Positions 7,322 through 14,092 of a stretch of DNA of 14,092 nt are shown piece after piece. Source of the DNA: a virus; UHGV virus genome UHGV-0124555. One strand, written 5' to 3'. The translations under genes were made by a program, and so were the position numbers. The notes under the pieces are model-generated. The model was not told where the DNA came from. It searched no databases and was given only the letters and a program-made list of their open reading frames with translations. How positions within the stretch are numbered: position 1 is the first letter of the stretch; every line of letters starts with the position of its first letter.

Positions 7322-8200
7322 ATGAAAAGTATAGCAAAGACACAAAACGATTTCACCATCTTCAAATTCGGCGACAGTGAAATCCGCGTCATCAACAAGT
7401 GCGGTGAGCCGTGGTTTGTAGCTAAAGATGTTTGTGATGCTTTAGCTTTGACTAACTCACGCAAGGCGCTTACTGCACTTGATGACGATGAAAAGGGAGT
7501 AACTTTAAGTTACACCCTTGGTGGTGAGCAGAATTTAAGCATTGTGAGCGAATCAGGTATGTATACATTGGTTTTGCGCTGCCGCGATGCCGTCAATAAA
7601 GGTTCAGTCCCGCACAAATTCCGCAAGTGGGTAACAGCAGAAGTTCTGCCTTCAATTCGCAAATATGGCGAGTATGTGAAAGGCAAGAAAACCACAGTTG
7701 AAGAAAGAACACCGCTACGCGATGCAGTAAACATGCTGGTAGGAAAGAAAGGACTTCGCTATGACGATGCATACAATATGGTTCATCAGCGTTTTGGTAT
7801 TGACAGCATTGATGAACTTTCAATTGAACAAATCCCGCTGGCCGTAGAGTACATCCACAGGGTGGTGCTTGAAGGTGAGTTCATTGGCAAGCAAGAGAAG
7901 AAAGCAAACGAGCTTTCTGCAAAAGAAGCAAACAGTCTTGTATGGTTATGGGATTATGCCAACCGCTCACAGGCATTATTCCGCGAACTGTATCCGGCAT
8001 TAAAACAAATTCAATCGAACTATTCCGGAAGATGCTACGACTACGGTCATGAGTTTTCGTATGTTATCGGAATGGCGAGAGACGTTTTAATCAACCACAC
8101 ACGAGATGTTGATATCAATGAGCCAGGCGGACCAACGAATCTTTCCGCATGGGTAAGGCTTAAGAACAAAGAGTTGCCGCCTTCACTGCATCGCTACTGA
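7322..8200 (+). CDS. ant: Bro-N domain protein, putative antirepressor (P22 Ant-like); a KilA-N-type abortive-infection protein (BstA-like) is an alternative
   Basis: 292-aa ORF. The N-terminal about 110 aa carry the Bro-N signature ([32 protein letters not shown] ... LDDDEK). The C-terminal about 180 aa have no motif I recognise. The gene lies directly downstream of the arc-like gene and is visibly AT-rich. Confidence 0.6.
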   Translation: MKSIAKTQNDFTIFKFGDSEIRVINKCGEPWFVAKDVCDALALTNSRKALTALDDDEKGVTLSYTLGGEQNLSIVSESGMYTLVLRCRDAVNKGSVPHKFRKWVTAEVLPSIRKYGEYVKGKKTTVEERTPLRDAVNMLVGKKGLRYDDAYNMVHQRFGIDSIDELSIEQIPLAVEYIHRVVLEGEFIGKQEKKANELSAKEANSLVWLWDYANRSQALFRELYPALKQIQSNYSGRCYDYGHEFSYVIGMARDVLINHTRDVDINEPGGPTNLSAWVRLKNKELPPSLHRY

Positions 8201-8216
8201 CAATTGACAACTTAAC

Positions 8217-8242
8217 AAACCCAGCTTCTGCTGGGTTTTTTA
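8217..8242 (+). terminator. Rho-independent terminator after the antirepressor-like gene
   Basis: Perfect 8-bp stem AACCCAGC/GCTGGGTT with loop TTCT, followed by a T-run. The stem is nearly identical to the terminator at 6640-6667. Confidence 0.6.
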
Positions 8243-8260
8243 CTTTCTGGAGACATATGA

Positions 8261-9016
8261 ATGCCCGTTTCTTTAATCGCTCAACTTGGTAGCAAAGAAC
8301 AGGCCGATGTAAGACTTGCTGGCTCTGTCATGTCGGCGCTGCGTGTTTCTATGCCCGGCATCGTCCAGTCATTTGATCCGGACACGGTAACAGTGGTTGT
8401 TCAACCTGCGATTAAAGGCTATGAGCCGGACTCAAATGGAATCAACCAGTCGACGACATTACCCCTGCTGGTGGATGTACCAGTGGTATTCCCGCGCGGC
8501 GGAGGCTGTACGTTGACTTTTCCGGTTAAAGCCGGGGATGAATGCCTGGTGATTTTCGCCGACCGCTGCATCGATTTCTGGTGGCAGAACGGCGGGGTGC
8601 AGGAGCCTGTCGACGACCGGGTGCATGATTTATCGGATGCTTTCTGTATCGTCGGGCCGCAGTCTCAGGCGCAGAAAATAAGCGGAATAAGCACCAGTGG
8701 CGCGCAGCTGCGTACTGATGATGGCGCTGCGTTTGTGGAAGTGGCCGCAGGCCATAACATCACGGTTAAAACTCCCGGCGCGTTGACGGCGACAGCAGAA
8801 GGAGGAACCACGATCACATCACCCACCATCACGCTAAACGGCAACGTGACAATAAACGGGAATCTCTCTCAGGGGATGGGCGAAAGCGGCGGCACCGCGA
8901 CGATGCTTGGCCCTGTCACGGTGACTAACGATGTAAAAGCTGGTGGTAAGAGCCTGATGACGCACACGCACGGCGGAGTACAGACCGGCGGCGGTAACAC
9001 AGGAGCGCCTAACTGA
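8261..9016 (+). CDS. Baseplate central spike / assembly protein V (Mu gp45 / P2 gpV-like)
   Basis: 251-aa ORF with GGAGA RBS 7 nt upstream. The C-terminal half is Gly/Thr-rich and repetitive (TVKTPGALTATAEGGTTITSPTITLNGNVTINGN), like a beta-helical spike. It ends with an H-x-H motif (MTHTHGG), matching the metal-binding apex of gpV-type spikes. Confidence 0.7.
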   Translation: MPVSLIAQLGSKEQADVRLAGSVMSALRVSMPGIVQSFDPDTVTVVVQPAIKGYEPDSNGINQSTTLPLLVDVPVVFPRGGGCTLTFPVKAGDECLVIFADRCIDFWWQNGGVQEPVDDRVHDLSDAFCIVGPQSQAQKISGISTSGAQLRTDDGAAFVEVAAGHNITVKTPGALTATAEGGTTITSPTITLNGNVTINGNLSQGMGESGGTATMLGPVTVTNDVKAGGKSLMTHTHGGVQTGGGNTGAPN

Positions 9017-9369
9017 TGCGATACAGACGTGAAGACGCCGATGGCGATTATACCTTTGGCAGCGGTGATGACACCTGGCTGATTAACTCACCGGAGGCCG
9101 TGGCGCAGGCGGTAAAAACGCGATTCGAATTGTGGTATGGGCAATGGTTTCTCGATACCACCGAAGGGACTCCGTGGATCCAGTCCGTACTCGGTAAGCA
9201 GAAGCCGGAAACCTACAACCTGGCGATCCGTAAGCGCATCCTCGAAACGCGGGGCGTTAAATCAATCCTCTCTTTCAATACGACGGTGGATACCACGACC
9301 CGACGTGTCATGTTTTCCGCTGAAATCGACACTCTTTATGGAATAACGACTGTTACATCGGAGGCGTAA
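9016..9369 (+). CDS. Baseplate wedge protein, gp25/GPW-like (Mu gp46 position)
   Basis: 117-aa ORF whose ATG overlaps the spike stop (TGATG). Size and position between spike and baseplate J fit gp25-like proteins; no motif was checked. Confidence 0.55.
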   Translation: MRYRREDADGDYTFGSGDDTWLINSPEAVAQAVKTRFELWYGQWFLDTTEGTPWIQSVLGKQKPETYNLAIRKRILETRGVKSILSFNTTVDTTTRRVMFSAEIDTLYGITTVTSEA

Positions 9370-10568
9370 TGGCTCTGAACCTTGATTCTCTTGGTTTATC
9401 TGCAAAGGTAACCGCAGAGGGGATTAGTGCGCCTGATTATCAGACGATACTCAGCACCCTGATTAGCTATTTTCAGCAGATTTATGGCAGTGATGCCTAC
9501 CTCGAACCGGACAGCAAAGACGGCCAGATGGTGGCTCTGATGGCGCTGGCGATTCATGATGCCAATAATATGGCGATAACTGTCTACAACTGTTTTTCAC
9601 CGGCAACCGGCTATGGGGCTGCACTGACCAGCAACGTGAAAATAAATGGTATTTCACGTAAAGGCGCGACGAACTCTACGGTTGATTTGCTTCTTACAGG
9701 AACTGCCGGAACAACCATCATTAATGGCAGCGTGAAAGACAGTAATAATGTGATATGGCGTTTGCCTGCTTCAGTGGTGGTCGGCGTGGATGGTACAGTG
9801 ATGGCGACCGCAACATGTTCCGTCAGTGGTGCAGTGGCGGCGCTGGCTGGAACTATCACTGAAATTAATACGCCAACCCGTGGCTGGGTTTCGGTAACTA
9901 ATCCTGCTGCGGCTACTGTTGGCTCTCCGGCAGAAACTGACGCGGAGTTACGTATCCGTCAGTCACAAAGTGTTGCGTTGCCATCAATAACCCCATTTGA
10001 AGCACTGGATGGTGCTGTTTCTAATGTTACCGGTGTAACCCGCCACAAACTCTATGAAAACGATACTGGTTCGGAGGACGGTAACGGGTTACCGCCACAC
10101 TCTGTTGCTGTAATTGTGGATGGCGGTGATGTGACGGATATTGCTCAGGCTATCAGAGGAAATAAAGGCCAGGGGACAGCCACTCACGGTACAACATCCG
10201 TTACGGTTCCGGATAAATACGGCAATCCCCATGTAATCAAATTCTCGCGTTCCAGTGATGTGCCTGTTTATGCCCGGATTAAATTAAAAGTTTTTACGGG
10301 TTATACCTCACAAATAGGGCAGCAGATCCAGCAGGCTATTTCCGACTATATCAATAGTCTGATGATTGGTGATTCGGTCCTTTTAAGTCGCATTTACTCA
10401 CCGGCGAATCTTGGCGTGGTGAGTGGCGGGAATGCACGCTATTACGATATTCAGGAACTGACGATTGGGAAATCCCCGGTGGCTTTGTCGTCATCAAACA
10501 TTGATATCAGATATAACGAATCTGCGTCCTGTACCCCGGAAAATATCGTTATAACGGTGGAGTCATGA
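9369..10568 (+). CDS. Baseplate J-like protein (Mu gp47 / P2 gpJ family)
   Basis: 399-aa ORF overlapping the preceding stop (TAATG). Size and position are typical of baseplate J proteins in Mu/P2-type modules. Confidence 0.75.
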   Translation: MALNLDSLGLSAKVTAEGISAPDYQTILSTLISYFQQIYGSDAYLEPDSKDGQMVALMALAIHDANNMAITVYNCFSPATGYGAALTSNVKINGISRKGATNSTVDLLLTGTAGTTIINGSVKDSNNVIWRLPASVVVGVDGTVMATATCSVSGAVAALAGTITEINTPTRGWVSVTNPAAATVGSPAETDAELRIRQSQSVALPSITPFEALDGAVSNVTGVTRHKLYENDTGSEDGNGLPPHSVAVIVDGGDVTDIAQAIRGNKGQGTATHGTTSVTVPDKYGNPHVIKFSRSSDVPVYARIKLKVFTGYTSQIGQQIQQAISDYINSLMIGDSVLLSRIYSPANLGVVSGGNARYYDIQELTIGKSPVALSSSNIDIRYNESASCTPENIVITVES

Positions 10569-11245
10569 GCAAATACACCGAACTAATCACAAACTACCAC
10601 GCCACCAAACCTAAATTTCTTTCACATGTTGATCTGATGACCAGGCCGCTTATTGATGTTGCGGCTGCCACCAGAGGGCTGATTACTGCATTTGATATTG
10701 ACTCTGCGGTTGGTGTGCAACTTGACATTCTGGGATTGTGGATCGGACGTAGCCGTGTTGTCAGCCAGCATATCTCAGGTGTCTATTTCAGCTGGGATAC
10801 CGACGGGCTTGGATATGATCAGGGGGTATGGCAGGGACCATACGATCCTGATTCAGGATACATGTATCTCAGCGATGAAACTTATCGTGTCATTCTTAAA
10901 GCGAAGATTGCGATTAATAACTGGGACGGACGGAATGATTCGCTTCCGGCAATTCTTGACGCGGCAACAGCAGGATCCGGGCTGCGAATGCAGATAGTCG
11001 ATAACCAGGACATGACGATATCGGTCTGGGTCTTTCCTGATACTGATATTTCAGATGTATCGCGTGAGTTAATTGCGGCAATTAAACAGGGGTATCTAAC
11101 AGTAAAAGCCGCCGGGGTATGGGCGGGGGGCATTGAAACACCTTCGGTGGAAACTCCATCGGAAGGTTCAAAATTTTTTGGTTTTGATATGGATAACGAA
11201 TTCATCAGTGGTTTTGATGTAGGGGCATGGGGAGTATTACTCTGA
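10565..11245 (+). CDS. Tail protein I-like (DUF2313/YmfQ-like, Mu gp48 position)
   Basis: 226-aa ORF overlapping the J-like stop (ATGA). It lies between baseplate J and the tail fibre gene, as gpI/gp48 does. Confidence 0.65.
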   Translation: MSKYTELITNYHATKPKFLSHVDLMTRPLIDVAAATRGLITAFDIDSAVGVQLDILGLWIGRSRVVSQHISGVYFSWDTDGLGYDQGVWQGPYDPDSGYMYLSDETYRVILKAKIAINNWDGRNDSLPAILDAATAGSGLRMQIVDNQDMTISVWVFPDTDISDVSRELIAAIKQGYLTVKAAGVWAGGIETPSVETPSEGSKFFGFDMDNEFISGFDVGAWGVLL

Positions 11246-12021
11246 TGGCGAAAAATGACTTTAAAGCGTTTGCAACTGATCGGAATGCCAATGTTATGTC
11301 GCAGGAGGAATGGGAAGCGTTGCCTGCGCTTTTATCCGGATTTACAGCAGGGAAAGCATCCAGTGCGCAAGTCAATAAGGTTATTCGGCAGGCCAGCTTT
11401 ATTGCTGCAGCTCTGGCCCAGTTTGTAAGTGACAAAACGCAACGGGATGTGCTTGATAATGGTGATCTGCCCGGTTTTGTTGAATTGCTGGGATCGGGGT
11501 TTGCTGTTGAATACCTGAGCCGCAAGAATCCGTTTGGTGATATCAAATCGGATGGCACCGTAAATACGGCTCTCGAAAACCTTGGTCTGGGAGAAGGGTC
11601 AGCGCTGCCCGTCGGCGTCCCGGTTCCATGGCCGACAGCGACGGCTCCGGGTGGCTGGTTAAAATGCAATGGAGCTGCCTTTACTGCATCGCAATATCCG
11701 AAGCTGGCGCTGGTATACCCGACGCTAGTTTTGCCTGATTTGCGCGGCGAATTTCTTCGAGGATGGGACGATGGTCGTGGCGTGGATAGCGGTCGAACGT
11801 TGCTGAGTACGCAGGCGGGGTCCGTCATCCGACAGTCCGCGGGTCCAACCGCGTCATCACCAGCGAACCCGGCGAATGTCTGGGATAACGAGAGTTTCGA
11901 CAGCATTACATCTCAAACGCTGTGGGGTTCAATTAACGCCACTGTGCAGGTTGCCGGCGGTCGGGTTGGTACGGTTCGCCCGCGCAACATCGCATTTAAC
12001 TACATCGTGAGGGCCGCATAA
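11245..12021 (+). CDS. Tail fibre protein with C-terminal phage tail collar domain
   Basis: The C-terminal motif [39 protein letters not shown] ... [24 protein letters not shown] matches the conserved tail collar signature (W-x-x-CNG ... YP-x-L ... LPDLRG). Start is placed at ATG 11245 (TGATG overlap, GGGGAG RBS); the in-frame ATG at 11227 is an alternative. Confidence 0.8.
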   Translation: MAKNDFKAFATDRNANVMSQEEWEALPALLSGFTAGKASSAQVNKVIRQASFIAAALAQFVSDKTQRDVLDNGDLPGFVELLGSGFAVEYLSRKNPFGDIKSDGTVNTALENLGLGEGSALPVGVPVPWPTATAPGGWLKCNGAAFTASQYPKLALVYPTLVLPDLRGEFLRGWDDGRGVDSGRTLLSTQAGSVIRQSAGPTASSPANPANVWDNESFDSITSQTLWGSINATVQVAGGRVGTVRPRNIAFNYIVRAA

Positions 12022-12623
12022 TGACGCAGGCAAAATTAAACAGTGAGCTCATTGCCACGGAAGCCGGTGATATTACTGTGTTTAACTACAATGGTGAAAC
12101 GCGGGAATATATTTCCACATCAACTGAATATCTCGCTGTCGGCGTCGGTATCCCGGCATGTTCCTGTCTGGATGCACCAGGTACACATAAAGCTGGTTAT
12201 GCAATCTGTCGCTCTGTAGATTTAAATTCATGGGAATATGTGCCAGACCATCGCGGTGAAATCATCTATAGCACCGAAACAGGAGAATCGAAAGAAATCA
12301 CAGCTCTGGGTGATTACCCTGAAAATACAACCACTATCGCCCCGTTAACGCCATATGATAAATGGGATGGTGAGAAATGGGTGACGGATACCGAGGCACA
12401 GCATAGCGCCGCAGTAGGCGCGGCAGAAGCACAGCGTCAGTCACTGATTGATACTGCAATGGCCTCCATTAGTCTGATTCAACTGAAATTACAGGCCGGA
12501 CGGAAGTTGACGCAGGCAGAAACAACCCGGCTTAACGTTGTGCTGGATTATATTGACGCGGTGACGGCAACAGATACCAGCACAGCGCCGGATGTCATCT
12601 GGCCTGAACTGCCGGAGGCGTAG
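12021..12623 (+). CDS. Tail fibre assembly chaperone (Tfa / Mu gpU-like)
   Basis: 200-aa ORF whose ATG overlaps the fibre stop (TAATG). Placement immediately after the fibre gene and the C-terminal ending (VIWPELPEA) are typical of Tfa proteins. Confidence 0.75.
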   Translation: MTQAKLNSELIATEAGDITVFNYNGETREYISTSTEYLAVGVGIPACSCLDAPGTHKAGYAICRSVDLNSWEYVPDHRGEIIYSTETGESKEITALGDYPENTTTIAPLTPYDKWDGEKWVTDTEAQHSAAVGAAEAQRQSLIDTAMASISLIQLKLQAGRKLTQAETTRLNVVLDYIDAVTATDTSTAPDVIWPELPEA

Positions 12624-12661
12624 GCCATTCAATATCTGGCACACAGGACAAAACTGAGACA

Positions 12662-12695
12662 CACAAAGCTTTGCACTTGATTGCAAGGCTTTGTG
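12662..12695. repeat. Imperfect 14-bp inverted repeat with 6-bp spacer (CACAAAGCTTTGCA cttgat TGCAAGGCTTTGTG)
   Basis: Arms match at 13 of 14 positions. It lies in the 96-bp gap between the convergent tfa and int genes. No strong T-run follows on either strand, so it may be a protein-binding site or a weak bidirectional terminator. Confidence 0.4.
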
Positions 12696-12719
12696 CTATT
12701 CGATAGTGTTTAAGGTGGA

Positions 12720-13877
12720 TCACTCCACCTTTTCATCAATCCAATCCGCCCACCATTGCATCATTTCTCTGCGTTTATCGAGATACTGCGCATGGTTGTA
12801 AATCCCGCGCACAGAACCGCCGTTGGCATGTGCCAGTTGCACTTCAATAGCGTCAGCAGGCCATTCGTGCTCGTTCATAATCGTGCTGAATTCATGCCTG
12901 AATCCGTGACCGCTTTCCAGACCTTCATAGCCGATTTGTTTGATCACAAGCAATACCGCGTTCTCGCAGATTGGCTTCTTCTTATCGTTGCGCCCGGCAA
13001 AAACAAACTCTGAGACTGGTTTGGTGATTGAGCTTAGCGTAGTGAGAAGTTCAACCACCTGGTCTGACATCGGGACCACATGAATTTTGCGTCCCTTCAT
13101 CACACTGGCGTCGATGGTGATAATCCTGTTTTCAAAATCGACGTTCTTCCATAGCATGGAACGAAGCTCTTTCGTTCTTAGGGCTGTATAACGTAAAACT
13201 TTTGTCGCAATGAGCGATACGATACTTCCTGAAAATGTTGCCAGTGCTTTGTTGAATGCAGGCACCTGGTCTGCTGGAAGGAACGGGAAGTTCTTCTTGC
13301 GGTATCCTTTCATGGCGTCTGCAAGGTCAGGTGCCGGGTTATATTTAGCCCTTCCGGTGACAATAGCGTAACGAAAAACCTCGCCGCATCTTCTGCGGGC
13401 TTTGTTGGCTCGCTCCATTGCACCGCGATCTTCAAATCTGCGGATTACTTCCAGCAGTTGCATCGGCTCAATATCCTGAATCTCAAGACCGCCGATGATG
13501 GGTAAAATGTCGTCATCAAACATTTTGGCAAGTTCAGTTGCATAGCCTACTGACCAGACTTGCTTCTTGTGCTCGTACCATTCCTTGTAAATCGCACTAA
13601 ATGAATTGTTGTTAGACGAAGCCTTTTTCGCCTTTACCGGATCGATGCCAACCGAGATGTCTTTCCTCGCAGTCCATGCCTTATCCCTTGCTTCCTGCAA
13701 AGTCATAAGCGGATATTTTCCGACGGTCAGGATTTTCTCCTTACCGTCAATCTTGTAGCGAAGCTGCCATACCTTTTTCCCGGATACAGGAACATAAAGG
13801 TACAGGCCATTACCATCGAGAAGGCGGTATGGTTTTTCTTTCGGCTTTGCTGCTTCAATCTGCTTAACGGTGAGCAT
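12720..13877 (-). CDS. int: Tyrosine recombinase / phage integrase (P4-type)
   Basis: The N-terminus MLTVKQIEAAKPKEKPYRLLDGNGLYLYV matches the P4-type integrase arm-binding signature. The C-terminus has HGFRHEF ... LAHANGGSVRGIYNHAQY, consistent with the catalytic H-x-x-R and Tyr. It lies next to a tRNA gene. Start is placed at ATG 13877; the ORF-track GTG at 13913 is an alternative. Confidence 0.9.
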   Translation of the reverse strand: MLTVKQIEAAKPKEKPYRLLDGNGLYLYVPVSGKKVWQLRYKIDGKEKILTVGKYPLMTLQEARDKAWTARKDISVGIDPVKAKKASSNNNSFSAIYKEWYEHKKQVWSVGYATELAKMFDDDILPIIGGLEIQDIEPMQLLEVIRRFEDRGAMERANKARRRCGEVFRYAIVTGRAKYNPAPDLADAMKGYRKKNFPFLPADQVPAFNKALATFSGSIVSLIATKVLRYTALRTKELRSMLWKNVDFENRIITIDASVMKGRKIHVVPMSDQVVELLTTLSSITKPVSEFVFAGRNDKKKPICENAVLLVIKQIGYEGLESGHGFRHEFSTIMNEHEWPADAIEVQLAHANGGSVRGIYNHAQYLDKRREMMQWWADWIDEKVE

Positions 13878-13913
13878 GGGTAAAAATCCGGTGGGTAAAA
13901 TTATTTTATCCAC

Positions 13914-14038
13914 TTTTTACCCGTCATGGAGTGCGGCTGTCAACGATCTGAGGCGAACCATGACGAACTGTGAATCTACGGGAGGCTTGATATTCAGGTG
14001 ATTTTGCGGACTGGTACGGATTGGAGCGAACTGATAAA
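13914..14038. promoter_or_regulatory. int upstream region / presumed att arm region between integrase and tRNA
   Basis: This 125-bp gap lies between the int start and the tRNA 3' end. It contains the inverted pair CCGTCATGG (13921-13929) / CCATGACG (13957-13964). The int promoter and integrase or IHF sites are expected here; none is proven. Confidence 0.3.
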
Positions 14039-14092
14039 TGGTGTCCCCTGCAGGAATCGAACCTGCAATTAGCCCTTAGGAGGGGCTCGTTA
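14039..14092 (-). tRNA. argW: tRNA-Arg (anticodon CCU), 3' 54 nt; the 5' part lies beyond the window edge
   Basis: The reverse complement reads TAACGAGCCCCTCCTAAGGGCTAATTGCAGGTTCGATTCCTGCAGGGGACACCA. It shows an anticodon stem AGCCC/GGGCT with loop CUCCUAA (anticodon CCU), a T-arm GCAGG-TTCGATT-CCTGC, and acceptor 3' strand plus CCA. This matches enterobacterial argW from memory. Confidence 0.85.

Larger units (their letters stand above)
1..14092. mobile_element. Integrase-proximal end of a prophage (Mu-like tail module + accessory cassette + integrase) at a tRNA-Arg attachment site; left boundary outside the window
   Basis: An uninterrupted phage structural operon ends at a P4-type integrase abutting the 3' end of a tRNA gene, the usual prophage/host junction. 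The att core presumably overlaps the tRNA 3' end; it cannot be delimited without the second att copy. Confidence 0.8.

Noticed and set aside
7134-7343. 69-aa ORF on the - strand across the arc-like gene and the arc-ant spacer
   Set aside because: It overlaps the Arc-like CDS, which has a strong RBS and a recognisable RHH motif. Any minus-strand function here is better explained by the short antisense RNA candidate.
8204-8232. Promoter using the perfect TTGACA hexamer at 8204-8209
   Set aside because: No acceptable -10 hexamer follows at 16-18 bp spacing; that position falls inside the terminator stem. It is probably a chance hexamer.
11205-11906. 233-aa ORF on the - strand overlapping the I-like and tail fibre genes
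   Set aside because: It is antisense to two well-supported, translationally coupled tail genes. The translation is Pro/Ser/Ala/Arg-rich low complexity, typical of the reverse frame of coding DNA, and there is no RBS.
12021-12719. Invertible tail-fibre host-range segment (Gin/Pin-type)
   Set aside because: There is no invertase gene, no inverted duplicate fibre C-terminal cassette and no flanking crossover repeats; only a single fibre and tfa pair.
12756-13013. 85-aa ORF on the + strand inside the integrase gene
   Set aside because: It is embedded antisense within the integrase coding sequence, which has clear family signatures.
13878-13913. GTG start at 13913 for the integrase (ORF-track start)
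   Set aside because: P4-type integrases characteristically begin near the M-x-L-T...AKP motif, which matches ATG 13877. The longer form cannot be excluded, so it is kept as an alternative.
1-14092. CRISPR arrays, IS elements or transposase genes
   Set aside because: No regularly spaced direct repeats, terminal inverted repeats with target duplications, or transposase-like ORFs were seen anywhere in the window.

Overview
This window is the integrase-proximal end of a tRNA-integrated prophage. The + strand carries a contiguous Mu-type contractile-tail and baseplate module: sheath, tube, a chaperone with a -1 frameshift extension, tape measure, three hub-region proteins, central spike, gp25-like wedge, baseplate J, I-like protein, tail fibre with a collar domain, and tail-fibre assembly chaperone. 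A P4-type tyrosine integrase follows on the - strand, and the 3' 54 nt of a tRNA-Arg (anticodon CCU) lie at the right edge, marking the prophage/host junction. The most interesting region is a lower-GC accessory cassette (about 6289-8242) inserted between the hub and spike genes. It encodes a signal-peptide protein of unknown function and a P22 immI-like regulatory module: divergent Mnt-like and Arc-like ribbon-helix-helix repressors, a Bro-N antirepressor-like protein, and a candidate sar-like antisense RNA. All functional calls rest on motifs recognised by eye, gene order and length; no database search or folding was run, and GC statements are visual estimates.
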